Shown here: positions 29,908-43,711 of the stretch, piece after piece | Layout of the letters: each line of letters opens with the position of its first letter | Numbering within the stretch: position 1 is the stretch's first letter | DNA from: Octopus vulgaris | Lineage: Eukaryota | Length of the DNA: 64,000 bases | Assembly: GCA_951406725.2 (NCBI GenBank) | Contig: OX597819.1 | Span: 118,420,001 to 118,484,000 of the forward strand | Direction: 5' to 3' | Position numbers and translations under genes: made by a program | Notes under the pieces: generated by a model | What the model saw: the letters and a program-made list of their open reading frames with translations, nothing else | Told to the model about the DNA's origin: nothing | The model's database searches: none

Positions 29908-30554
29908 CTTGTGGTGAGAGTTACGGTTTGTGTGTATGTGTGTATGGTGTATGTATGTATATATTGGTATACGCGTTACATAGGCATTTAGGCGTATTTG
30001 CATGCATATATATGAATGGATTTCTGTTTTAAATCGTTTTGTCCTTCCATACTTTGGTAAAGCGCATTCACTTCTATTTCCTCAGTGATTATAATATACC
30101 CTTCATAGACACTGCAATGCGTGTTGTCTGCTTACTGTATTTCTTTGTTTGTAAATATTCATATGGTGATCTAAATATGAAACCACCTGCAAAATACGTT
30201 TCTTGTAATTACTCGATATTTATGGACCATTATTATTCTGTCTCTATATGTCTGTATTTCTGTCTCTTCCTCTCTTTCTCTCTCTCTCTCTCTCTCTCAG
30301 TATATATACAATCATAAATATATCCATGTATTTACGTGTGCGTGAGTCGAAGTATTTGACAATGTGTATGTACGTATACACGGTCATGTGACGGCCTCTA
30401 TGTTGAATGTATTTGCACTTGCATAAAATTGCAGTTCAAATTTAGGAATATGACGTGTCGTCACTATGCTTAAGTACCATGGGAGCATCTCCTTGGTCAG
30501 GTGGTATAGTTGCTTCAACGAGTAAATATTAGAATGAAAAATAAAATAAAATTG

Positions 30555-30585
<31 letters not shown>

Positions 30586-30639
30586 TTATATATATATATG
30601 TATATATATGTATATATATATATGTATACATATATATAT

Positions 30640-30862
30640 ATTTCTTTGCTACCCACTAGGAGCTAAACACAGAGAGGACAAACAAGGACAGACAAAGTCG
30701 ATTATATCGACCCCAGTGAGTTACTGGTACTTAATTTATCGACCCTGAAAGGATGAAAGGCAAAGTCGACCTCGGCGGAATTTGAACTTAGAACGTGACA
30801 GTAGACGAAATACGGCTACGCATTTCGCCCGGCATGCTAACGATTCTGCAAGCTCGCCGCCT
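30640..30862 (-). mobile_element. tRNA-derived SINE family C
   Basis: Minus strand: ggcggcgagcttgcagaatcgttagc..agttcaaattccgccgaggtcgactttgcctttcatcc. Related pieces at 62690-62945. Confidence 0.85.
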
Positions 30863-30892
30863 TTTATATATATATATGTATGTATATATGTG

Positions 30893-30958
<66 letters not shown>

Positions 30959-31097
30959 CGTGGGAGTGGTAAAAATCTTGCTTCCTTTCCACATGGTTTC
31001 AGCTTCAACCCCATTCTATGCGCATTGGCATTGGGAAAATGCTTTCTACTATAGCGTCGTGGATTTGATAGACGGAAATTGAAAGTAAATTGTTATA

Positions 31098-32095
31098 CAT
31101 ATCAGCTTAAATAAAAAGTATGCAACGTTTTGAGCCATGAAGAATTTGTACCGGATTGTTGCAGATTCTGAAATTTTTAAGCATTTTTTTTTGTTTTGAT
31201 TTTGCAATTCTCAGATGACACAGACAAGGAGTTGCCCAAATGCATCAATAAATTAACATTCATATATTTTTGCATGTATAAAATTTGCTCGTAACTTCTC
31301 CGTAAACAGACCGATCCATTTCTCTACCGTATTGTAACTTGCAATGAAAATTGGATTCTGTACAATAATGAGAAATGTTCTTCGCAGTGGTTAACCAAAA
31401 TGAAAAACCGAAAACCTTCCCTAAACCCGAGCTCATCGAAAAGAAGGTTAAGGTGGCTGTTTGGTAGTGTACTGCTGGATTCATCCCATATAACTTCTTA
31501 AAACACAGAAACACTCATTACTGCAGAAACATAATGCCATGAATTTGTGAAAATGAACGAAAAACTGCTACTCTTCCGTCACATTCAGGGCAACAGAAGC
31601 GTGTCAAATAATTCTTTATGACAATGCTCAACCACACGTTTCACTAATGGCGCTACAGAAGTTGAGGGAAGATGGCTACGAAGTTCTTCCCTACCCAGCT
31701 TATTCTCCAGACATTTTCCCTACCGACTCCTAATTTTTCAAGCACCTTGAATGTTTCGTACGAGGAAAGGAGTTCAAAAATCAACATGGCTACGAAGTTC
31801 TTCCCTACCCAGCTTATTCTCCAGAAATTTCCCCTACAGACTCCTAATTTTTCAAGCATCTTGAAGGTTTCATACGAGGAAAGGTGTTCAAAAATCAAAA
31901 CGATCCTGAAAGTCGGTTCAAAGAGTCTGTCTGCTCCAGAACTCCAGATCTTTATTTAACCGAAATAAACAAGCTTGTAACTTCATGGCAAAAATGTGTT
32001 GTTTGTAATGGCACTTACTTTGATGAGTACAATTTCCGCTTTGTTGAAATATATTGCGTTGAATAAAACGTTGCTTACTTTTTACTCAGCCTCAT
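31098..32095 (+). mobile_element. Decayed mariner transposon with an internal 114-bp tandem duplication
   Basis: NEnWILYNN, KKVKVAVW, YDNAQPH, YEVLPYPAYSPD (twice). Imperfect TIRs taaaaagtatgcaacgttt and aaacgttgcttacttttta. Confidence 0.85.
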
Positions 32096-33168
32096 ATATA
32101 TATTTTTGCGTGTCTGTGTCTGTTTGCCCCCGCCATAATCACTTGAAAATCGATGCTGATCTAACTTAGTGGTTCGGTAAAGGAACCGATGGAAAAATTA
32201 CTAGGATTATAAAGAATAAGTCTTGGGGTCGATTTCATCGAATAAAACCTTTTAAGTTGGTTCTTCAGCATCGCTGTTGTCAAATGACAGAAACGTGTCA
32301 TAATAAAATATAAGAATAAAAGAACGTGCGTGTATGTGTGTGCGTGTATTTGTGAGTATGTGCGTATGAGCGTGTTTGTGTGTGAGCGTGTTTGTGTGAG
32401 TGTGCGTGTGTATGCGTGTGTGAGTGTGTGTCGTTGTGTGTGAATCTCATCGCGTTGCGTCACATGCAAGTGTCTCATTCCGAATTCCCGGCCATTTTCT
32501 CTGGATTCTTCAGCTCTCAGTTATTGAGTTTCTTTCAATTACGAAATCCTTTAGAAGGAATACAGTTCTAATTAGCTCTCTCGATAAAGAAAATCTTTAT
32601 TTCGCAATATTAAATTTATTTACTGGCAGATTCATAATATCCAATTTATTTACTGGCACATTCACAAACTTCAGTTATTTCATTCCAGTGGTCCTTAATT
32701 ACCCTTGCGGTTGTAGCTAATAGGTTGTTAATTACAATGTTGCTTTTGTCATCAAATGTTAAGATACCAAATAAATTATAATTATGAAGTAGAGTGGATT
32801 TTTGTTCCTTTAAATATAAGCTGCGTCTCTTCGTGCAAATACTATGAACAGATTTGCAGATAACTTGCCTTTCAATTAAGAGTGCAATTATTTCATGTGT
32901 AGAGTTACATTCGTCTGTTGAATATACTTCCTGTATATATTCTGTTACCTAGTTTTTTTTTATATTCTCTAAATTAATTTTATAGATTTATTGTGTTCCA
33001 AAGAAACGACATTATATTGAGGAAGCAACTGGTGTTAATTTTTATCGGGTTTATTTAAAGAAAACCAATGATATTGCTATTAATTGCTGGGAAGAATATT
33101 TATCAAAAACAGGGTTTTCCGCTACGTTTCAGATACAAGATATTATATAGCATCTTATTCTTAGATTT

Positions 33169-33556
33169 GGAGGCGCAATGGCCCAGTGGTTAGGGCAGCG
33201 GACTCGCGGTCATAGGATCGCGGTTTCGATTCCCAGACCGGGCGTTCTGAGTGTTTATGGAGCGAAAACACCTAAAAGCTCCACGAGGCTCCGGCAGGGG
33301 ATGGTGGTGATCCCTTCTGTACTCTTTCATCACAACTTTCTCTCACTCTTACTTCCTGTTGCTGTTGTACCTGCATTTCAAAGGGCCAGCCTTGTCACTC
33401 TCTGTGTCACGCTAAATATCCCCGAGAACTACGTTAAGGGTGTATGTGTCTGTGGAGTGCTCAGCCACTTACACGTTAATTTCACGAGCAGGCTGTTCCG
33501 TTGATTCGGATCAACCGGAACTCTCATCGTCGTAAACGACGGAATGCTTCCATACC
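33169..33556 (+). mobile_element. Full-length SINE family A with a 12-bp TSD
   Basis: A box tggcccagtggttagg, B box gtttcgattccc. TSD attcttagattt at 33157-33168 and 33557-33568. Confidence 0.95.
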
Positions 33557-35920
33557 ATTCTTAGATTTAAGTTATTTTAAATTATTCTTTAGAATAACTT
33601 AAAACTAAGATCTCTTCTACATCCTTCAATTCATTAAAAACACTTCTTACTCTAAGATTCGTTATATTATGCCGCAACAAAATTTTCACATTTCATTTGC
33701 TTGAGCAATATGAGTATTAGTTCTATGTACGTGCAGGGAGATTAAAACACGATTTTACATTATAATTTTTCAATTCGATTTAACGTTGCATAATATTTCA
33801 TCATGCTTTGTGCGTTCGTTAACAGTTATTCAAAATATATGAATATCCCAATCACACAAACTTGAATGCTACTATTGAACCGTTAAGGAATGTCCCCTTT
33901 AACGAAATTACTTTGAAAAGAATTATTTATAGAGTGAATTTCCAATCAATTGATGTCATGGAATTATCGTATGTTGTATACATTTATACAATCTCAAATC
34001 ATGGTAAACTTGAGTAACCGGTTGATTTGCGTACAAGCACTCATGTAATTCTAGCTCATAGTAAAATTGCATATAGTATCTAAAAGACAGGGGTGAAAAG
34101 AAGGTTAAAGATAAACGAAGAATCGTTACAAAATCGAAATGATACAGAGGCAGCAATATTTATTGCTATTTATGTGAAATATGGAAGCATAATCTTCTGT
34201 CTGCCAGTCAATATATTTTTTATAAAATGGCAGAAACCAATTTTTTTTTCCTGTTTGCATAAATATTATTTAAAGTGCAATCTTTGAAATAAATTCTTGT
34301 GTCAGACATTTCTAGTATAAATCGTTTGACGATCTAATTTCCGGAGTTATATGTGTGAAACCTACGCATGTGATTACTCATGCAGTAGAAGATTTATAAA
34401 TGTAACTTTACGCACAGAGTTGATATTACTGAAGCAGTCCACTAGACGTAATATTTCTGCTTATGCAGGATTTCCGGGTTGAACACTAAAATATTTAGAA
34501 TTTAATGAGGCGGACTATTAAAAGTAAGATCAGAATGTGTTACGACATTATGAAAGGACACATTTCAGTTTAGAGCTTTTAATATCGTTTGACACTGAAA
34601 CTTTAATTTACAATGAAATGCTTGTAGACATATATAATCTTTAAACTTTTCATGTGAAATTTAAACTTTAAAAATCTACTGTTCCTGACCTGTAAAAGGC
34701 ACCTAAACTACTCTTTGAAGTGAAGAACGTAACTTATAATTCACCATTTAAATACACAAATCCTTGAAATTGATTAATCATTGATATTTTCTAATTATAG
34801 TAAGGGAACTCGGGATGCAATATGGGAGCTTACCACACATGAAAAGATCCATAATTTTAAGCCTGTGCGTCGTAAAATTATAATTCTTTCTATTCCAAAG
34901 AATTATGCATCTTTCTGTATGCATGTGCGTGCATGTATGTGTGTATGAGTGTGTGAGTGTGTATGTGTGTGTATGTGTGTGTGTGCGTGTGTGTGTCTGT
35001 GTGGATACGAGGATATATATACATGTTTTTTGGGTTGTTTGGTTATGTATTTTCTTCAAATGCGGAAAGTTGTAACCTCTTGTATATTTTTGAAAACAAT
35101 TCTATATAGTTTGCAAATTTTACAACAAATACTTGGTTTATATATATGTGTGCGTGTGCGTGCGTGTGTCTCTGTATGTGTGTGTATTTATGCGTGTGTG
35201 TTGTTGTGTATGTATAACAGATATTCTGTAAATTCTAAATTGACAAAATGTCAAACTCTACTGCATTCATACATCAATAAATTAGCCACACAATTTCTTA
35301 TATCGAATGTAATTCATTTCGTCTGTAAAATATTTCACTATCCTATGGTATTTAAATAAGTAATTCTAAAACTTTATTTACACTCCTCTTTGAAACAGTT
35401 TTTTATATTTAAATAAGGTTTCATTTTATTCTAAACGGCCCACTAATATTGTAGCAATTATATTATTATGACTGTTTCTAACTTGCTGTTTAGCTAGCAC
35501 TCTACATTCTCAGCCAGTGCATCCTTATGACCCATTGCCACCACGAAATAGTTAACTTTGCGGAATGATTAGAACCAAGACCTCTCACGTGAAACAATCG
35601 TAAATATCTATACATGTTTATATTCTCGATTATTTTAAAACCAAATCACTTCAAGATGTTAGTATTAGATTTATCATGTTATTGCAAAATTTATCTTTTG
35701 GTGACCCCTTCCCTATTTTTAAAGACACTTTTAGACGACAAACACATTTTTTCCGTGGATGTTTGATACATTCTCCGTTTTTTATCGATCTTATTTCATT
35801 AAGAAAGAAAGCTTCGATTGATTCTGTTATGAATGTATCATAAATGAAAGATAGTAAAAATACAAAACCGTAAAAATATACCGTTCCTCTCACTGTCCTG
35901 AGACATATATTGTATGGAAT

Positions 35921-36245
35921 GTGGGGGCGCAATGGCCCAGTGGTTAGGGCAGCGGACTCGCGGTCATAGGATCGCGGTTTCGATTCCCAGACCGGGCGTT
36001 GTGAGTGTTTATTGAGCGAAAACACCTAAAGCTCCACGAGGCTTCCTGTTTCTGATGTACCTGTATTTCAAAGGGCCGGCCTTGTCACTCTCTGTGTCAC
36101 GCTGAATATCCCCGACAACTACATCAAGGGTACACGTGTCTGTGGAGTGCTCAGCCACTTACGCGTTAATTTCACGAGCAGGCTGTTCCGTTGATTCAGA
36201 TCAACCGGAACCCTCGTCGTCGTAACCTACTGAGTGCTTCCATCC
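35921..36245 (+). mobile_element. SINE family A with an internal deletion and a 12-bp TSD
   Basis: TSD attgtatggaat at 35909-35920 and 36246-36257. Confidence 0.95.
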
Positions 36246-37228
36246 ATTGTATGGAATAAAAGTGGATACACAGCACACATTATTGTTGAAAATGATTGAA
36301 GGGATTTAACTCCATTGCTCGTTGTATGTTTCCGGTGTTACGGAGTGAAAGACAATGTGAACTGTTCACAGAATTTCAAAGAAGAATGGAACGAATAAAC
36401 GGAGATGTAATTTCTTGATCAATGTTACGGGATACTCCATGTGTTGTTGAAGAACAAGTTTCAACATTTCCCACCTGAATAGCTGCATTTACCTTCATGA
36501 CATGTTCCATAAATTTAGTTTTGTTTCCGTAATAATTAGGTTCTGAATAGAAACCCAAAGTATTAACGAGAAAAACATATATCTGGAATCCGTTGTTACA
36601 AGAATGAAAAATTATGAAAGAAACAAACATTAAATACATTCTTATATACTGATATCGTCGAAGTGATGGTTTTTAGTCACTGCAACCATATTTCGCAATT
36701 TACCATCTCAGTGAAACTGTTTTCCTCCTATTTCAACACACCATAATCATGTCTTATAAATGTCATTTCACTTTAGGTTTATTTATTTCAGTGCAAAACT
36801 TTTAATGAATCCCATTCAATTATCTTAGAAAAGTAAGTATACAATTGATGATACAATGCTTTATTTCTGATTTCAGTGCAATACAATTGATGAATACCAT
36901 TCTGTTATCTTAAGAAAGTAAGTATACAATTGATGTGGCAGTGTTTTCATTCTATTTTGAATGTAAAGTATTTGAATATTACAATCATTTCTTTTGTCTC
37001 TAGGGTGCGTTGTATTCGTAATTCAAAGACGATTGACAATTTCGAAATATATACAGATTGAAGATTATATATTATCAATGATTGCAACGTTTATAGTTAT
37101 CCTATAAACTTTACTAGCATCGGCTCTTTACCAGCCCTTCCATACTTACCAGCTCACATGAAAAAAATTCAGTAAACCTATATTCCATCTATTCTGCAGC
37201 AGTTATTAAATATAGTTATTCTAACGAA

Positions 37229-37289
<61 letters not shown>

Positions 37290-37437
37290 TAGTTGAATGA
37301 ATTATCCTAGTATGGATAATTCGGTTAACCGATACCAAGGTAGCAAATTCACGTCAGAAAACACGGTTAAAGCTACATGCCAAGGGCAGAGATCACGTGC
37401 TTTCGTGTGGAAATTTGTGTGTTTTTTTTTACTATAA

Positions 37438-37589
37438 ATAAATGAAAGAATGGAGTCGAACGACGATTTAGCAAAATTCCTTTATTCTCGACATATGTTT
37501 CGAAGACTGCAATTAGGAATATGCAGTCTTCGAAACATATGTCGAGAATAAAGGAATTTTGTTACATCTTCGTTCGACTCCATTCTTTC

Positions 37590-37595
<6 letters not shown>
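37438..37595. repeat. Fold-back palindrome containing a hammerhead 3' half
   Basis: Arms about 74 bp with a 10-nt loop. Carries cGAAAC atat GTC on both strands and abuts (TA)n. Confidence 0.85.
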
Positions 37596-37685
<90 letters not shown>

Positions 37686-39354
37686 GACAGACTCCTCTTT
37701 CCTGGAGAAGAAATATATAAGATTATGAACAAGTCTCTGTTCATTCCCAATATTTCCGTCTATATCTGTATATCGCTTTCATGGACCCTGAGAAAGAATT
37801 TCTGCTCATCAAAAGACTAAATGTAGCAACCGTTGAAACAAAATGTAGAGTCTAAAATATTATGGATACAACCGAATACATAGATAAAAGTAAACGTTAA
37901 TGCTATGAATTTGAACTCGCAATGTATAACAACAAAACTAATATTATTACAGTTAACTAAAACATTTTTCACTGCTCTACACCTTAATTTAGTAGAAACG
38001 CTTTGGAAATAGAAATAAAATAACGTAGAAATGAATCAAAGTCAAATATATGAAAAGAAGATAATTGGATTCAGTTGTATTTTACAAATTTTCATGGTGA
38101 ATATATATTTGTTAAGGGAATTTTACTGTTTCTATGCAACCAATGAACCTTTCATATGTTCCTATGCAACAAAAGCAATACTAAACTTAAGTAAAATTAA
38201 ATTCATGCTTCAGCGGAAAAGAATCATGATGGATTTCACGTTCTGCTTACCACTTTCTAAATTAGACACAAATTGGTCTTGCTAATTGCCAATTTGTCGG
38301 AAATTCGAATAAAATTCCATCCTGCGTTTCGTCTTTATTTTGCACGATACTATTTTGACATAGAATTTTTTCAAATTCTTCTTTGTTTTTTATATTTTGT
38401 TTTATTTCCTTCTGTTTTGTGATGGGCAAAAAGAGAAAATGGAAACGAAAGTATAATTTGGTGTGTTTGCATCAGATATAACATTTGTTACTGTTTTTTT
38501 TACAGCATGTAATCATTATTTAGCGTTTCTAGTAACTAGGGGATGTACCTTACTGCTTCCAAGTTTTACAAAATTGCACTTTAAACAATGGTTAATAAAA
38601 TAAAATGATAAAAGTAAATTAGATATACCCAAGAAGAAATTGAAATCAAAATAGAATACTAATTCCAACATTCTAACATTAAGGCGTCACAGTTATTACA
38701 ACATAATTTTCAATGATCTTCATGAAACTTACGTATAACTTGATATGTGTTTGCCCTTGCAATATAACAATTCTTTATATAAGCAGTGTATTTGAAAAAT
38801 AAAACATGAAATTTATAGAGCTGCCAGAATATAAGTTCAATGAACATGTGTTAATTTAATTGATGCTATAAAGACAATTCTACAATTAACATTATATCTC
38901 GTCTTAACCCGAAATCGACGAATAATATTTAAAAACATATTGAGTGAGTTATTACCATCTGTGTTGTACTTCATTTTCACACATGCAAACCACCTGCAAT
39001 GAGAGAAAAACAGCTAAAACACTTTCATGATATATCTAAATTTTAATCTGTTCAAAGCACAACGTTGTAATATCGAGTTCTAAAAACATCATTGAAATAT
39101 AAGCCACTCACTTATACAGCAATTAAACAAATGAATAAAGAGTGTCATAGCATATAGATAAAACTGCAAAAACAAATCAACAAATCAGAATAATTTCTAT
39201 CCGAAATCGGTGCATTTTGTAACAAACAGAACAGAGCTTAAATTTTGCTGATTTGTCTGAATTTTTCATTTTAATGTCCATATATATTATGTAGAATATA
39301 TATGTAAGTGCGTATATGTGTTTGTGTAAATATATATCAATGATTATATATGCA

Positions 39355-39767
39355 TACTCTCTTTTTACTCTTTTACTTGTTTCAGTCATGTGACTATGGC
39401 CACGCTGGAACACCGCCTTTAGTCGAGCAAGTCGACCCCAGGACTTATTCTTTGTAAGCCTAGTACTTATTCTATCGGGTCTCTTTTACCGAACTGCTAA
39501 GTTACGAGGACGTAAACGCATCAGCATCGGTCGACAAGTGATGTTGGGGGGACAAAAACAAATACATAAACATATACACACATACATATATATCTACATA
39601 TATACGATGGGCTTCTTTCAGTTTCCGTCTACCAAATCCACTCACAAGTCTTTAGTTGACCAGAGGCTATATTAGAAGACACTTGCCCAAGGTGCCACGC
39701 AGTGGGACTGAACCCGGAACCATGTGGTTAGTAAGCAAGCTACGTACCACACAGCCACTCCTACGCC
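39355..39767 (-). mobile_element. SINE family B
   Basis: Homologous to 51897-52316. Confidence 0.9.
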
Positions 39768-40312
39768 TGTATACGTATATGATTTAATGCATGTAGGCAT
39801 ATGTTTATATATATATATATGACGGTTTTTCGGTTCTCTGTGACTTAATGTTTCGAAGGCTTTTAACAGAAACTCGAGTCTTTCAGGTTTTAGATTACCG
39901 AATGGTGTGATACTTGAAGTCCAAGATGGCTACTTCAAGCTATTAATAGTCAAGGCGGAACAACTTGTGTTGTCAAAGAATATCAGCACACCCAGATTTT
40001 TTGGTGTGTAGGAGTAAAGCCGGTGAGTGTGTGAGTGTGGGTGCTTGCGTCTGTGTGTACATGTATGCGCACACTCCCGCACTCACGCAGGCACAAACAC
40101 ACACACGCGAGATGTATAAATATGTGAATGTCGGTGCGTTATTGGCTTTATGTATGTTTATGTATGTATAGATGTGTACTCGTGTTCGAATGAGCTAGCT
40201 ACATATGTACGAACGCGTGAACGTAAACATGGCTTGAGTATGGGTGCACCTGTACGGTTGCCCAAATGTGGTGAAGTGGTACTTATGCGTGTCGGGCATA
40301 ATTTATGCTAGT

Positions 40313-40565
40313 TTCATCATCATCATTGTTCGACCGTGGTCGAGACAATGGAATTTACCATGTTACGCCAGACTTCACGGTCTATCATGGCATTACGGAG
40401 GTCCTGTTGCTGGATGCCTGTATCCCTGGAGATTACATCGGGGTTGGAGAGTGTGCGCCCTCTGGTATTGCGAGTAGATGGCTTCCAGAGGAGAAGAGTA
40501 GAAATTACCTCTTTTTCAGCTCTACAACAATGTCCAGCAAACTGAACTCTCTTACCTTTCACAAG
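40313..40565 (-). mobile_element. RTE-group LINE 3' end with (TGA)n tail
   Basis: RVQFAGHCCRAEKEVISTLLLWKP..RGR..AMIDREVWR, then a stop and tgatgatga. Confidence 0.8.
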
Positions 40566-41338
40566 GTTCATGTTCCAAAGAACAAGCAGCATAATTTCTG
40601 TTCTATAAATTCTAGTTTGGGAATGGTATCTCTCTTATCATTGGGTGCTAACCATTGTCACTTACGTTGAATATCGTTATAGAGAACTCGCTTTTTATTA
40701 CATTTAACTTTTGCTAATCCTACACATCAACGACGTGCGGATGGCACACTTTGATGAAGCAGTCACATGAAGAGGAATACACGCCAAATTTCGATAAGTT
40801 TCTCAATTCAGAAAGGGGTTGTACGCGGCATGTGCGAATTGAATTAAGGTTTATGCTCATTATTGTTCAGTTTGCTATGGAATTCTCTCAACTACTGCAT
40901 TTAAAAGTTTAACATCGACAGAAATTTGACGTGTATACAGATGAGATTCTGCGAAAGAAACTTTTCAATTGCGAAATTGGTGGAACCCTCACTGGTATAT
41001 TCGTATATTGGTGTAATCGTATACTTAAGAATTCATTTCCATAAACAAAGAATACATATGCTATCGCTTCCAATGCTAAACACCTCTTTAATTTCGTATA
41101 TCATGTAAGGCTCATAGGTTTGAGCTAAACTCGTTTTACCAAGATAATATAGTAAGTAATATAACTGCTATTGGATACGTTAATGTGCAAAATATGAGAG
41201 AAGGCAAAACATCATGTTTATTTTACTGTAAGAATATAAAAGTTACTTTCAGGATCTTCATGTGAATAATGTGATAGGATTGTCTTTCCGAACGAATATT
41301 AGTGCGTATGAGTGTATGTGTGTATGAATGTGTGTTTC

Positions 41339-41374
<36 letters not shown>

Positions 41375-41491
41375 TGTCTCTTTTACTCTCTTTTACTTGT
41401 TTTATATATGTATATGCATATATATATTTGCATATAGCTACTGCACGCATTTTTTTCTCTCCTTCTTTCTGTGTTTTTCTCTCTCTGTGTA

Positions 41492-41529
41492 TCTTTCTGT
41501 TGAAGAGCATAGGCTCGAAACGTTAAAGA
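41492..41529 (+). ncRNA. Minimal hammerhead-like motif within a short element (about 41455-41630) ending at (TA)n
   Basis: tcttt CTGTTGA a gagc atag gctc GAAAC GTT aaaga. Stems I and II are intact but the core has a non-canonical A6 position. Confidence 0.55.
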
Positions 41530-41626
41530 ATTGTTTTATTTATATTTCCTGAGCGCCATACTAATACAATTGTTCGTTTGTTTTCCACCTGCCTTCGTCT
41601 TTTGTTTATTTTCATAAAGCTTCCCG

Positions 41627-41683
<57 letters not shown>

Positions 41684-41688
<5 letters not shown>

Positions 41689-41871
41689 ATTAATCGTAAG
41701 GCAACAAAAGAATGAAAGAGATATGTATATAGAAGTATTTATCTGTAATATAATATGTGACAATTTTTCGGATGCCATAATAAAATTCCGAGTTTCGGGT
41801 GTCTGGGCGGAAACCTGCAACGACACCTCTGAGTTTTCTGAAGGCCACCGAATAATTGCCACATACTATAT

Positions 41872-41875
<4 letters not shown>
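41684..41875 (-). mobile_element. Diverged relative of the 18626-18865 element, between (TA)n arrays
   Basis: Shares the IR tatgtgacaatt../aattgccacata, an internal ggtgtc..gacacc stem followed by cGAAACtcgga, and the same downstream tail. Confidence 0.6.
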
Positions 41876-41929
<54 letters not shown>

Positions 41930-41933
<4 letters not shown>

Positions 41934-42822
41934 TATGCATGTGCCTACATACAGACAAACATGAACTAACACACTCACAGCCACGCTCATACTGAAATAC
42001 ATACATTTATGACCACAAACGTATGCACAAAACAAAAAGAACCCTGAAAATGCCTGTATACATAGCATGAATAATATGTATCCGAAAATGGAAGAATGGA
42101 TATTTGATATGCATATACAATTGTAAGTAACGTTTTGTGTGAGTGTTTATATTTGTGTGTGCGTGGGGTGGAGGGAGTTGCAGTATATTTTAATTTTGAA
42201 TAAATATATACATAAACAGAAATATCAAACATGGATAAATTTGCAAAAGAGGCATTTACAATTAACTGTATAAAATGTAAAGGGGTACATTCGTTTCTGA
42301 TATTCTAAGAAATGTGATTTATTACCATATTGTTTAACCGAATCAATTTTGAGTTCTTAAGAGAGGTTATGTGAAAAGTTTTCCACCTTCAAATCGGAAC
42401 GAAAATATCCTAAAAGCTTTTATAGATTTCCCTTTACTTATCATACCTTATAGTAACTAACTAATTAAAATTATAATTTATTTTTAGTTAATTTGTTCAG
42501 TTTTTTGAGACAATATAAAATTCCGGAAACATGTAAGGGTCATCAATTTCGTTATGCGTTATATTTTCTCCAATTTAATTATTCTTTTATTTTTACATTA
42601 GAACTGCATGTATGATTGTGTGTGAAAAAATCTCGATTCATATACGTGGCTTAGGATCCAGTTCTACTACGTGGTGGCCTCGGCAAGAAGTATGTTTAAT
42701 CATAGCCTCGGACCGACTAATAATTTGGGAGGAGCGCGTTAATGAAGGAAATGTATATATATATCTATATATATCTGTGTGTGTGTGTATGTGGGTGGGT
42801 GTTTATGTGTGTTTGTGTGTGT

Positions 42823-42869
<47 letters not shown>

Positions 42870-43696
42870 ATATATAAACGGCAGTTTGTCTGTGCGTGTT
42901 TCTGTGTGTCTGTTTTTTGTACCCTCACCCTGACCACGGCTTTCAACCGATTCTGATGAAACTTGACATACACATAGCCCAATGTCATAATTCAAAACTA
43001 ACGCAGCGAAAATTTTGAAAAGTTCCCCCAGTTCTGAAAAAATCGATAAATTCGACATGGGGGTCGAGAATCAGAAACACAAACCACAGACTGTCTAGGG
43101 GACGCAACTCGACCTTTTTAACTCTCAAAAAAATTTACCATAATTTTTTTTCCATTTTTTGGCTATAACTCTCTAAAAATGCTTTATAGTTATTTCCCTT
43201 ACAAACCCGAGCAACGCCGGGCGATACTGCTAGTATATATATATATATATATATATATGAGAACTCAAAATTGATTTGGGTAAACAAAATGGTAAATCAC
43301 ATTTCTTAAAATATCAGAAACGAATGTATTCATTTACATTTCATAAATATATGAAAGCGTAAGTGTAAATGCTTCTAATTCAAATGTATTCATGTTTAAT
43401 ATTTCTCTTTTAATATAAATGTATTCAAGATTAAAATATACTGGAATTCCCTCCACCCCCACGCACACACAAAAGTAAACTCACACACAAAACGTTACTT
43501 ACAATTGTATATGCATATCAAATATCCATTCTTCCATTTTCGGATACATATTATTCTTGTTATGTATACAGAAATTTACAGGGCTCTTTTTGTTTTGTGC
43601 ATACGTTTGTGGTCATAAATATGTTTATTTCAGTATGAGCATGGCTGTGAGTGTGTAACTTCATGTTTGTCTGTGTGTAGGCATATGTATATGCAT
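41930..43696. repeat. Inverted duplication with arms about 400 bp (41930-42330 and 43289-43696)
   Basis: The arms align in reverse complement. 42069-42141 matches 43484-43556 perfectly. Confidence 0.9.
42865..43233 (+). mobile_element. Complete non-autonomous Helitron inserted in (TA)n
   Basis: 5' A|TCtctatatataaa. 3' hairpin cccgagcaacgccggg followed by CTAG|T. No TSD. Confidence 0.85.
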
Positions 43697-43711
43697 ATAT
43701 GTTTATGCAAA

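Noticed and set aside
33169-33245. tRNA-like sequence
   Set aside because: It is a SINE head continuous with a repeated body and bounded by TSDs, so it is not a tRNA gene.
36330-36640. Higher-complexity stretch as a possible host exon
   Set aside because: No recognisable domain, frames close quickly, and there is no convincing splice pair.
36810-36960. Direct repeat of about 85-bp period (aagtaagtatacaattgatg) as an array
   Set aside because: Only two diverged copies, consistent with an ordinary local tandem duplication. No CRISPR-like repeat-spacer structure was seen anywhere in the window.
39820-39910. GAAAC tcga GTC on the plus strand and CTGAAAGA..GAAAC attaa GTC on the minus strand as a hammerhead
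   Set aside because: I could not build convincing stems I and II. At best it is a decayed remnant.
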